Shown piece after piece: positions 52,127 through 59,672 of a stretch of DNA of 64,000 bases (position 1 is the first letter of the stretch; each line of letters opens with the position of its first letter). A program made the position numbers and the translations under genes. The DNA is from Akkermansia sp. (GTDB lineage Bacteria; Verrucomicrobiota; Verrucomicrobiia; Verrucomicrobiales; Akkermansiaceae). The stretch lies in the NCBI GenBank assembly GCA_045616565.1, contig JAZLHB010000144.1, positions 18,216 through 82,215 on the forward strand, read 5' to 3'. The notes beneath the pieces are model-generated. The model made no database searches. It was not told the origin of the DNA and was given only the letters and a program-made list of their open reading frames with translations.

Positions 52127-53041
52127 ATGATGGCCGACCGCCCGTTCCCCACGCTGATAGAGGAGTTCCTGCTGTATCTGGCGGCGGAACGCGGGCTGAG
52201 CCTCAACTACCGCCTCTCCGTGCGCCGCAGCCTCACCCGCTTTGGCGATTGGTGCAAGGGGCAGGGGCTGGCGGCGGGGGAGCTCACGGAGCCCCTGCTG
52301 GCGGCCTACCACCGCTCCATGCGTGCGGACGGCCTGGCAGCCTCTTCCTGCCGTGTGGCCATGGTGCATTTGCGTATCTTTTTCCGCCACCTGGCCGCCA
52401 CCAAGGTGCTGCCTGAAAACCCGGCTGCCCTGCTGGTGGCCGGCGGCATCCGCCGCAGTATCCCGGAAACCCTCAGCGCGGACCACGTCAACCGCCTGCT
52501 GGAAAGCATCGACCCCACGGATGTACCCTTCGGCGCGCGTGACCGCGCCATGCTGGAGATGCTCTACGGCAGCGGGCTGCGCGTGAGCGAGCTGGTGGCC
52601 CTGCGCGCAGAGCAGATTGACTGGGAGGAGATGTTCCTGCGCATCACCGGCAAGGGCGGCAAAACCCGCTATGTGCCCCTGGGCCGCGTGGCTGCGGACG
52701 CCCTGCGCCGCTACCTGAACGAGGGACGCCCCAAGCTCTGCCGCGCCGGGCACCGCGCCGCCGCCCTCTTCCTCTCCAACCGCGGCTCCCAGCTCACGCG
52801 GGAGCGCATCCGCCAAATCATCAAGGCACGCGCCGCCGCCGCCGGGCTCCCGGAAAACGTGTACCCCCACATCATGCGCCACTCCTTTGCCACCCACCTG
52901 CTGGAAAACGGCGCAGACCTCCGTGTCATCCAGGACATGCTGGGGCACTCCGACCTGGCCACCACGCAAATCTACACCCATGTGGAGCAAAAGCGCCTCG
53001 TCAACCTCCACCGCAACTTCCACCCACGCGGCAAGAAGTAG
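52127..53041 (+). CDS. xerD: site-specific tyrosine recombinase XerD-like
   Basis: ARDRAMLEMLYGSGLRVSELVAL, HIMRHSFATHLLENGADLRVIQDMLGHSDLATTQIYTHV (R..HxxR..Y). Confidence 0.8.
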   Translation: MMADRPFPTLIEEFLLYLAAERGLSLNYRLSVRRSLTRFGDWCKGQGLAAGELTEPLLAAYHRSMRADGLAASSCRVAMVHLRIFFRHLAATKVLPENPAALLVAGGIRRSIPETLSADHVNRLLESIDPTDVPFGARDRAMLEMLYGSGLRVSELVALRAEQIDWEEMFLRITGKGGKTRYVPLGRVAADALRRYLNEGRPKLCRAGHRAAALFLSNRGSQLTRERIRQIIKARAAAAGLPENVYPHIMRHSFATHLLENGADLRVIQDMLGHSDLATTQIYTHVEQKRLVNLHRNFHPRGKK

Positions 53042-53099
53042 GAAGCATCCCGCCGGCCCACAAAAAAATTGCATTGGTGAAACCAATGCAATTTAGGCG

Positions 53100-53172
53100 T
53101 ACGGGGGACAGGACTTGAACCTGCGACCTCCACCATGTCAAGGTGTTGCTCTACCAACTGAGCTACCTCCGC
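53100..53172 (-). tRNA. tRNA-Val (anticodon GAC)
   Basis: Hand-folded. D arm GCTC-AGTTGGTA-GAGC, anticodon loop TTGACAT, T arm GCAGG-TTCAAGT-CCTGT. One A-C mismatch in the acceptor stem. Confidence 0.75.
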
Positions 53173-53178
53173 ATGAAC

Positions 53179-53261
53179 TGGGCAGGGATGGATTCGAACC
53201 ATCGAAAGCAAACGCTAGCAGATTTACAGTCTGCCCCCTTTGACCGCTCGGGAACCTACCC
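53179..53261 (-). tRNA. tRNA-Tyr (anticodon GUA), long variable arm
   Basis: Hand-folded. GGGTAGG pairs with CCTGCCC, anticodon arm GCAGA-CTGTAAA-TCTGC, T arm GATGG-TTCGAAT-CCATC. Confidence 0.85.
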
Positions 53262-53300
53262 ATGCTGAGATTGCAGGCTGCCGAAGCAGCGTGCGGCGGA

Positions 53301-53329
53301 AATATACCTGATATCTCACCGGCATGCAA
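53301..53329 (-). promoter_or_regulatory. tRNA-Tyr/Val operon promoter TTGCAT-N17-TATATT
   Basis: Minus strand reads TTGCATgccggtgagatatcaggTATATT, preceded by an A8 run. Confidence 0.6.
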
Positions 53330-53424
53330 GCCTTTTTTTTGAGATTGGCGTTTTTTTCTTTCCGCAGATGCATCTCCTTACCCCGCCAAGGCCCATCAAC
53401 CAGCGCATGGCAGGGGGTGACACT

Positions 53425-53500
53425 CACATGTGTCCCAATGAATTTTGCGAACCCATGAAGTTAGGGGGGGATGATGCGCTTTGCGTTCCATCCACCCGAA
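53425..53500. mobile_element. solo left end of the MITE-like element (diverged fragment)
   Basis: CACATGTGTCCCAATGA at 53425 followed by about 60 bp with patchy similarity to the left arm of the other copies. No matching right terminus nearby. Confidence 0.55.
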
Positions 53501-53553
53501 ATCCCGGAGCCCCGAATTTGATTGCCCCGCGCGGGTTTGCTCCCGCTTTAGGC

Positions 53554-53582
53554 TTGAGCGGCTGGGCGGTGTGTGCTATAAA
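53554..53582 (+). promoter_or_regulatory. lgt promoter TTGAGC-N17-TATAAA (TG-extended), 7 nt before ATG
   Basis: Read directly. Confidence 0.55.
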
Positions 53583-53589
53583 GCGCGGC

Positions 53590-54573
53590 ATGAACGCGCT
53601 TGCCACCTATATCCACAACCTGGATCCCGTGATACTGGATATTCCCGGCACGCCGCTGGCGCTGCGCTGGTACGGGCTGGCGTATGTGGCGGGCTTCATT
53701 CTGGGCTACATGGTGCTGCTGGCGCTTTCCAAGCGCCGCCTGTATGTGGTGGGGCCGGACAAGCTGGGGGATTTCATCACCTCCGTGTGTATTTTCGGCG
53801 TGCTGCTGGGCGGCCGCTTGGGTGAGTTCTTTTTCTACTGGCTGCCGGAAAACGGGCTGAGCGGCTTCTTGGACGACCCGCTGTGGGTGCTGCGCGTGTG
53901 GGAGGGCGGCATGGCCTCCCACGGCGGTATTTTGGGGGTGCTGGCGGTGGCGTGCCTGTATGCGTACCGCAACAAGCTGTCTGCGCTGGCGGTGTGCGAT
54001 GGTTTGGCGATTGTGGCCCCCATCGGCCTGTTTTTCGGCCGCGTGGCCAATTTTATCAACGGCGAGCTTTACGGCCGCATCACGGATTCCGGCATAGGCG
54101 TGAAATTCCCGCAGGAGCTTTTCGAGTTGCCTGCGGCGGAGCGCGTGGCGGCACTGGCGCAGGTGGAGCAGGCTGCCGGGGCTCCCTTGGCGCAGCTGGC
54201 GCATGAGAACGAGGGCTCGTTCGACACGCTGCTGCGCGTGTGCCGCGAGAATCCCGCCGTGCAGGATGCCCTGGCCCCTTGCCTGCACGGGCGCTACCCG
54301 TCGCAGTTGTTCGAGGCGGTGGGCGAGGGCCTGCTCATCTTCGCGGTGCTCATCACGCTGCGCCTGACGCTGAAAAACGCCCGTGCGGGGCTTTTCAGCG
54401 GCGTGTTCTGCCTGCTGTATGCCGTGGCGCGCATCACCTGCGAGTGTTTCAAGCAGCCTGATGCCGCTGTATGGAACGGCATCACGGAGGGGCAGCTGCT
54501 CTCCCTGATTGTGGTGGCCATGGGCGTGTTCTTCCTCTGCGGCGCGGCGCGCGGCAAGCGTGCGGATGCTTGA
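53590..54573 (+). CDS. lgt: prolipoprotein diacylglyceryl transferase
   Basis: Inner ATG 53590. LRWYGLAYVAGF..., VWEGGMASHGGILG, GRVANFINGELYGR. Confidence 0.9.
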   Translation: MNALATYIHNLDPVILDIPGTPLALRWYGLAYVAGFILGYMVLLALSKRRLYVVGPDKLGDFITSVCIFGVLLGGRLGEFFFYWLPENGLSGFLDDPLWVLRVWEGGMASHGGILGVLAVACLYAYRNKLSALAVCDGLAIVAPIGLFFGRVANFINGELYGRITDSGIGVKFPQELFELPAAERVAALAQVEQAAGAPLAQLAHENEGSFDTLLRVCRENPAVQDALAPCLHGRYPSQLFEAVGEGLLIFAVLITLRLTLKNARAGLFSGVFCLLYAVARITCECFKQPDAAVWNGITEGQLLSLIVVAMGVFFLCGAARGKRADA

Positions 54574-54681
54574 TGCGGTGCCGTTTTGCGGTGCCCAAAA
54601 AAGTTGTGCCGGGGGCAAGTTTCTTCTCGCCAAGCGGCGGCGTTTGGTGTATAAGGGGAGAGTACGTTGAAATTTCACATT

Positions 54682-55575
54682 ATGAAAAATCTGATTTGGC
54701 CCCTCGCTGTTGCGGCAGTGCTCGGTGCGCCGGCGGTGAATGCCGCCAGCGCCGACCACGCCCGCGTGACGCTCGATTTGAAGGCTACCGATGCCAAGGT
54801 GGAGCGTGTGGCTCCCCCTTCCGGCGGCATATTCGGCTCCAAGGAAAGAGTCAAGCCCGGCGCTGTCGAGGCCTCATCCTGGTACTTTGTGCGCATTCCG
54901 CTGAAGGTGGAGGGCAAGGGCAAGGCCTCTGAACCCATCACCTTTGTGGATGAGCTCAAGGTGCACGTGTATCTGGTGTTCATGGGCGAGAGCGCGGACG
55001 ACCTGACGATGGTGGAGCGCGAAATCACCTACACGGAGATACCCGTGAGCCCGGGGGGCGCGGACAAGACTTCCACGGGCACGCTGACGGCGGCGGCCTT
55101 CATCTCCCCCTCCAACGCGGCCAAGATTTGCGGCGCCAAGGGCAAGGTGGACCTCACCGGGCATCACCTGGGAGCCGTGGCCGTGGAGGCCTCCTTCGGC
55201 GGCTCCAACTGCCTCAACCCCAAGGAGGACCCCTCCGTCATCGTTGACAACAAGCTCAAGGGCAAGCTCACCAACGGCTGGTGGAAGAAGAAGAGCGCTC
55301 CCAACAAGAGGGGCGCGGTGATCTGCTCCATCGCGGAAACTCCGTTCGCCCCGTACTACGCAAGCCTTTCCGGGGCTCCCACCAGCCCCATGTACGGTGC
55401 GGCCGGCGTCTCCGCCTCATCTTCCTCATCCTCTTCATCCGGCACCGCAGCTGATTCTGCGGACAGCGGAGACAGCAGCGCAGAGGACAGTACCGCCGAC
55501 GATGCCGGCACGGACGACAGCACCGCTTCCACCGACAAGAAGAAGGACAAGAAAAAGAAGAAGAAGGGGGAATAA
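54682..55575 (+). CDS. secreted beta-rich protein with Ser/Asp-rich and poly-Lys tail (position of Amuc_1102 in the pilus-like cluster)
   Basis: MKNLIWPLAVAAVLGAPAVNA signal (the track start 54667 is TTG). Tail SASSSSSSSSGTAADSADSGDSSAEDS...KKKDKKKKKKGE. Confidence 0.7.
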   Translation: MKNLIWPLAVAAVLGAPAVNAASADHARVTLDLKATDAKVERVAPPSGGIFGSKERVKPGAVEASSWYFVRIPLKVEGKGKASEPITFVDELKVHVYLVFMGESADDLTMVEREITYTEIPVSPGGADKTSTGTLTAAAFISPSNAAKICGAKGKVDLTGHHLGAVAVEASFGGSNCLNPKEDPSVIVDNKLKGKLTNGWWKKKSAPNKRGAVICSIAETPFAPYYASLSGAPTSPMYGAAGVSASSSSSSSSGTAADSADSGDSSAEDSTADDAGTDDSTASTDKKKDKKKKKKGE

Positions 55576-55616
55576 CGCCCCGTATCCGCAAGACAGATTT
55601 CAACTCATAGACTGAT

Positions 55617-57491
55617 ATGGCCGAATACAAGAAAACAGTTGCCCTTGAAATAGGCTCGCAGAGTGTTGCCATGGGGGTATTCACCCCGGCAGGGCGGGGC
55701 TTTACGCTTTCCCGCTATGCCCGGCGCGACATTGTGCTCGACCCCGTGGAGGAGGGCATGCGCATGGATTATGTGAGCAACGCCATCAAGGAAATGGTGG
55801 CGGAGCTCAAGGTGAGCGGGAGCGATGTGCGCAATGTCGTTTCCGGGCAGCAGGTCTTCCTGCGCTTCATCAAGCTGCCTCCCATTGAGGGCGACCTCGC
55901 GGAGCAGGTGGGCTACGAGGCCCAGCAGCAGATTCCCTTCCCCCTGGAGCAAATCCAGTATTCCTACCAGCCGCTTTCCGACACCCCGGAGGGCGACAAG
56001 GAGGTTCTGCTGGTGGCCATCAAGAAAGAGGTGCTGGACAACCTGAACAGCGAGGTGGAGGGCAACGGGCTCAAGACCAAGGCGGTGGACTGCTCCATCA
56101 CCTCCCTCTACAACGCCTACCGCGCCAACCACCCGGAGGAGACGCAACCGGTGATGATACTCGATATCGGCGCCAAGACCACGGATATCATCTTTGCGGA
56201 CAACGGGCGCTTCTTCACGCGCTCCGTGACAGCCGCCGGCTCGTTCGTGACCAATGCGGTGTCCCGCGAGTTCAAGATCGGCTTCCGCGAGGCGGAGCGG
56301 CTCAAGGTCTCCAAGGGCGCAGTCTCCCTGGGCAACGGCCACACGGATTCCATGGAGGAGCAGGAGGCCGCGCTTGCCACCTGCATCCGCACCGCCATGA
56401 GCCGCCTCAGCTCGGAGGTGCAGCGCACCATCACCCACTACCGCTCGCAGTACAAGGGCAACCCGCCCGCCAAGGTGTACATTTGCGGCGGCGGTGCGCG
56501 CATGCCCTATGCGCAGGAGTTCCTGCAGGCTTCCCTCAACCTGCCCGTGGAGTACCTGAACACGCTGGGCATCTTGGGTGTGGGCTCCCAGGTGGATGCC
56601 AACGCCCTGCAGATGGATGCCGTGTGCCTGGGCCCGCTGGTGGGTGCAGCCGTTACCGGCGCCAAGGCGGGCGAGTACAACATCGACCTTGTTCCCACGA
56701 GCGTGGGCAAGGACCGCGCGGAGAAGGAGCAGCTGCCCAAGGTGATTATCGGCGGCGTGGTGGCCCTGCTCGGCGCTTCCATCTTTGCCTACAACGCTTC
56801 CGCTTCCGCATCCGATGCCGCCAAGGCGCTCCGCAAGGCGCTTCCCGCGGATGAGAAGGTGGAGGCCGTGAACAACCGCCTTGCCACCGTGAAGGGCAAC
56901 TACGACAAAGCCATGCGCGACGTCAGCAAGCTCGGCGAGCTCTACAGCATGCGCTCCGCCTATGCGGATGTGCTGCGCCAGCTCTCCGAGAACTGCGCCT
57001 CCGTCAAGTTCTGGGTGCAGGAGTTCTCCCCCCTCGTCAACTACGATGTGGAGAACAACACGCTTTCCGAATCCAGCGACGTGAAGGGTGTGAAGCTCAT
57101 CGACATGAACAGCAGCCGCAACGCCGCAATCAACTCCGCCATCAACAAGGCGCCGGAGGAAGCCAACCCTGCCAAGCGCAAGAAGGCTCCCGCCGTGACC
57201 GCCATCTATGTGAGCGGCTACACCATCAAGCCGGTGGACAACGACCAGACCACGGATCAGCGCCAGGCGGTGTACGACATGGTATCCGCGCACTTCACGG
57301 AGAAAACGCCGGAGTCCCTGTTCTCCTATGATTCCGCGAAGGTGCAGAAGGACCTGAACTGCTACTTCCAGTTTGTGAACGCGAAATCCGCGAAGGACAA
57401 GCTGCCGCCGTATGTGGAGAAGTTCATGATGGTGATGCCGCTGAAGAATCCCATCCCGATTCCCGAGCTCGACCCCGCCGAGAACAAATAA
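55617..57491 (+). CDS. type IV pilus assembly PilM-like actin-fold ATPase fused to a PilN-like TM/periplasmic region
   Basis: VALEIGSQSVAM..., ILDIGAKTTDIIF, ICGGGARMPY (PilM/FtsA fold). Then TM KVIIGGVVALLGASIFAY and a 220-aa C-terminal part. Confidence 0.75.
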   Translation: MAEYKKTVALEIGSQSVAMGVFTPAGRGFTLSRYARRDIVLDPVEEGMRMDYVSNAIKEMVAELKVSGSDVRNVVSGQQVFLRFIKLPPIEGDLAEQVGYEAQQQIPFPLEQIQYSYQPLSDTPEGDKEVLLVAIKKEVLDNLNSEVEGNGLKTKAVDCSITSLYNAYRANHPEETQPVMILDIGAKTTDIIFADNGRFFTRSVTAAGSFVTNAVSREFKIGFREAERLKVSKGAVSLGNGHTDSMEEQEAALATCIRTAMSRLSSEVQRTITHYRSQYKGNPPAKVYICGGGARMPYAQEFLQASLNLPVEYLNTLGILGVGSQVDANALQMDAVCLGPLVGAAVTGAKAGEYNIDLVPTSVGKDRAEKEQLPKVIIGGVVALLGASIFAYNASASASDAAKALRKALPADEKVEAVNNRLATVKGNYDKAMRDVSKLGELYSMRSAYADVLRQLSENCASVKFWVQEFSPLVNYDVENNTLSESSDVKGVKLIDMNSSRNAAINSAINKAPEEANPAKRKKAPAVTAIYVSGYTIKPVDNDQTTDQRQAVYDMVSAHFTEKTPESLFSYDSAKVQKDLNCYFQFVNAKSAKDKLPPYVEKFMMVMPLKNPIPIPELDPAENK

Positions 57492-57510
57492 CCCCAGCCA
57501 ATTTACGACA

Positions 57511-58428
57511 ATGAGTATTAGCGACAACAAACGAGTGGTGACGCTGGCATCCGTGATGGGCCTTGCCTTTGTGGGTATCACCTACTTCGGGTTCTCCAAG
57601 AACCAGGAGTACGAGGAGACACAGGCCAAGCTCACGGAAATCAGCGAGCGTTTCCAGGACTACGCCAACCAGGACACCACGCCCACCAAGCAGAACCTGG
57701 AAAACCTCACCGCCGCCTTCAAGGATGTGACCGCCGTGGGCAACGACATGCAGCAGGCCTTCAACAAGTACGCCTCCTTCTGCACCGGCCAGCCCCAGCT
57801 CACCGCACAGGAATTCCAGAAGCAGCTGCTGGAGGATATCGCCGCCGTGCGCACGCTCGCGGGCGACAAGAAGGTTGCGCTGGGCCGCCCGGCGGAGGAC
57901 TTGGGCATGACCACGCTCAAAACCGCCGCCCCCACCAAGGACCAGGTGCCTTTCCTCGCCTTCCAGCACCAGGCTGTGAAGCGCGTGGTGGAGGACATCC
58001 TCAACTCCGGCGTGGCATCCCTGGAGAAAGTGTACTGCGAAGAGCTGCCGGAGCAGGCAAGCCTGGACTTCAAAAAGCCCGCCCCGTATTTCCCGCTGCG
58101 CTTCCAGGTGGCTTTTGAGGCCAAGCGCGGCAGCCTTCCCCAGGTCATCAACAAAATCATGGAGGACAAGGAATACTTCCTCATGATCACCGGGCTTGCC
58201 GTGCAGGGCAAGGACAACCTGCCGCCCGTGGCCTCCTACACGCCGCCGCCCGCTGCCGCAGAAGTGCAGGGGGACGACCTTGCCGGCGGCAATGAAGGAG
58301 AGGCTGCGGAGGCCGCGGCCCCGCCCGCACGCACCGTGGCGGTGCAGCTCACCGGCAAGGACGATGAGACCGCCCGCGTGCACATGACCTTCCAGGTGCT
58401 CTATTTCAACAACACGAAGAAAAAGTAA
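57511..58428 (+). CDS. Amuc_1100-like / PilO-like membrane-anchored protein
   Basis: N-terminal TM, coiled coil, ferredoxin-like C-domain and a Pro/Ala-rich insert. Size, position and several segments (FPLRFQVAFEAKRGSLPQVINKIM, EYFLMITGL, VHMTFQVLYFN) match my recollection of Amuc_1100. Confidence 0.6.
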   Translation: MSISDNKRVVTLASVMGLAFVGITYFGFSKNQEYEETQAKLTEISERFQDYANQDTTPTKQNLENLTAAFKDVTAVGNDMQQAFNKYASFCTGQPQLTAQEFQKQLLEDIAAVRTLAGDKKVALGRPAEDLGMTTLKTAAPTKDQVPFLAFQHQAVKRVVEDILNSGVASLEKVYCEELPEQASLDFKKPAPYFPLRFQVAFEAKRGSLPQVINKIMEDKEYFLMITGLAVQGKDNLPPVASYTPPPAAAEVQGDDLAGGNEGEAAEAAAPPARTVAVQLTGKDDETARVHMTFQVLYFNNTKKK

Positions 58429-58448
58429 CCCCCAACCGACCGTTTACT

Positions 58449-59585
58449 ATGGAAGAACAATCCAATCCCGGAAACAAGATTCTCATTACCGGCATTCTCC
58501 TTGGCCTGGCTATGGGCGGCTGGGGCATTTACCTTTCCTCCGCCAACAAGGTGGAGGCCCCGGACACCAGCGTGGATTCCGGCAAGGTGAACAAGACACT
58601 CTCCGATGCCGCCAAGAAGATGCGCGAAGACATGCAGCAGGACCGCAAGGTGGCGGATACCGCTCCGGAAGGCGCCACCATCAACGGCAAGCCCCGCCTG
58701 GCACCGCTCTTCTTCTCCACGGAACTCTGGCAGTTTGCAGCAGACGACCAGAAGAAGAACCTGGTGGTGGATATCTACGACCCCCAGTCCAAGAGCATTC
58801 ACGGGGATGTGCCCAACCCCTGGTTTGTGGTCAACGGCATTGCAGAGGCTCTCGGCCGTGCAGACGGCTTGGCGATTGACAGCGATGGCGACGGCTTCAG
58901 CAACGGCGAGGAGTACAAGGCGCAGACCAAGCCGGCGGATCCCGCCAGCTACCCCGCCGTGCTCGCTCCCGGCTGCGCGCCCAAGATGGAGCTCGTGAAG
59001 CTCACCACCGCCCGCGCCACCATCACCACGGACAACCTCAACTCCGACCCCTCCCTCTCCCCCACCGATGCCAACATCCGCATCCTGGGCCCGGACGGCA
59101 AGACCGTGGTCAACAAGGTCACCGTCAAGGTGGGTGAGACTTTCGGCCTCTCTGCCAAGGATTCAAAGCGCTTCAAGCTCGTCGGCTATGAGAAGAAGTC
59201 CTTCCCCGGCTTTGCAGACGACATGGTGGAGGAGAACGTGATCCGCGTGCTCGACACCGAAACTGCGGGTACGGAGAAGGAATTCACCGTGCGCGCCGGT
59301 ACGCCGAACGCATCGCTCAAGGGTGATGCCGCCAAGGGACACCTCATCAGCGACACCACCGCCACGCTCCGCATCACCGCCGGCAGCGCGCTCGGCAAGC
59401 CGGAGGGCACACTGAAGGCTGAACTCAACGCGGAATTCACCATTCCCGGCGGTGCCGGCGACGGCAAGGACCTGAAAGCCACCTTCACCGGCACCAATCC
59501 CGCCGGCGGTGTGGATGTCACCCCTGCCGGCGCACAGGCCCCCATCACCGTCCCCAAGGCAAAAATCAAGAACTCAGAAGAATAA
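58449..59585 (+). CDS. membrane-anchored periplasmic protein of the pilus-like cluster (Amuc_1099 position)
   Basis: N-terminal TM. Calcium-binding-like DSDGDGFSNGEEY. Beta-rich C-terminal region. Confidence 0.55.
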   Translation: MEEQSNPGNKILITGILLGLAMGGWGIYLSSANKVEAPDTSVDSGKVNKTLSDAAKKMREDMQQDRKVADTAPEGATINGKPRLAPLFFSTELWQFAADDQKKNLVVDIYDPQSKSIHGDVPNPWFVVNGIAEALGRADGLAIDSDGDGFSNGEEYKAQTKPADPASYPAVLAPGCAPKMELVKLTTARATITTDNLNSDPSLSPTDANIRILGPDGKTVVNKVTVKVGETFGLSAKDSKRFKLVGYEKKSFPGFADDMVEENVIRVLDTETAGTEKEFTVRAGTPNASLKGDAAKGHLISDTTATLRITAGSALGKPEGTLKAELNAEFTIPGGAGDGKDLKATFTGTNPAGGVDVTPAGAQAPITVPKAKIKNSEE

Positions 59586-59672
59586 AATCCACCTTTTTGA
59601 GCAGAAAATCAAAAAAAATCGAATTGTAGACTTTACAACCCAACAAAAATCTGGCATAAATTAGACATTACC

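Noticed and set aside
52127-53041. XerD-like recombinase as the enzyme that flips the two candidate invertons.
   Set aside because: Its length and motifs fit the housekeeping dif recombinase, and it is 9-12 kb away in an unrelated operon. Nothing in the sequence links it to the TTGCCAATACTGTA sites. The responsible recombinase, if any, is not identifiable in this window.
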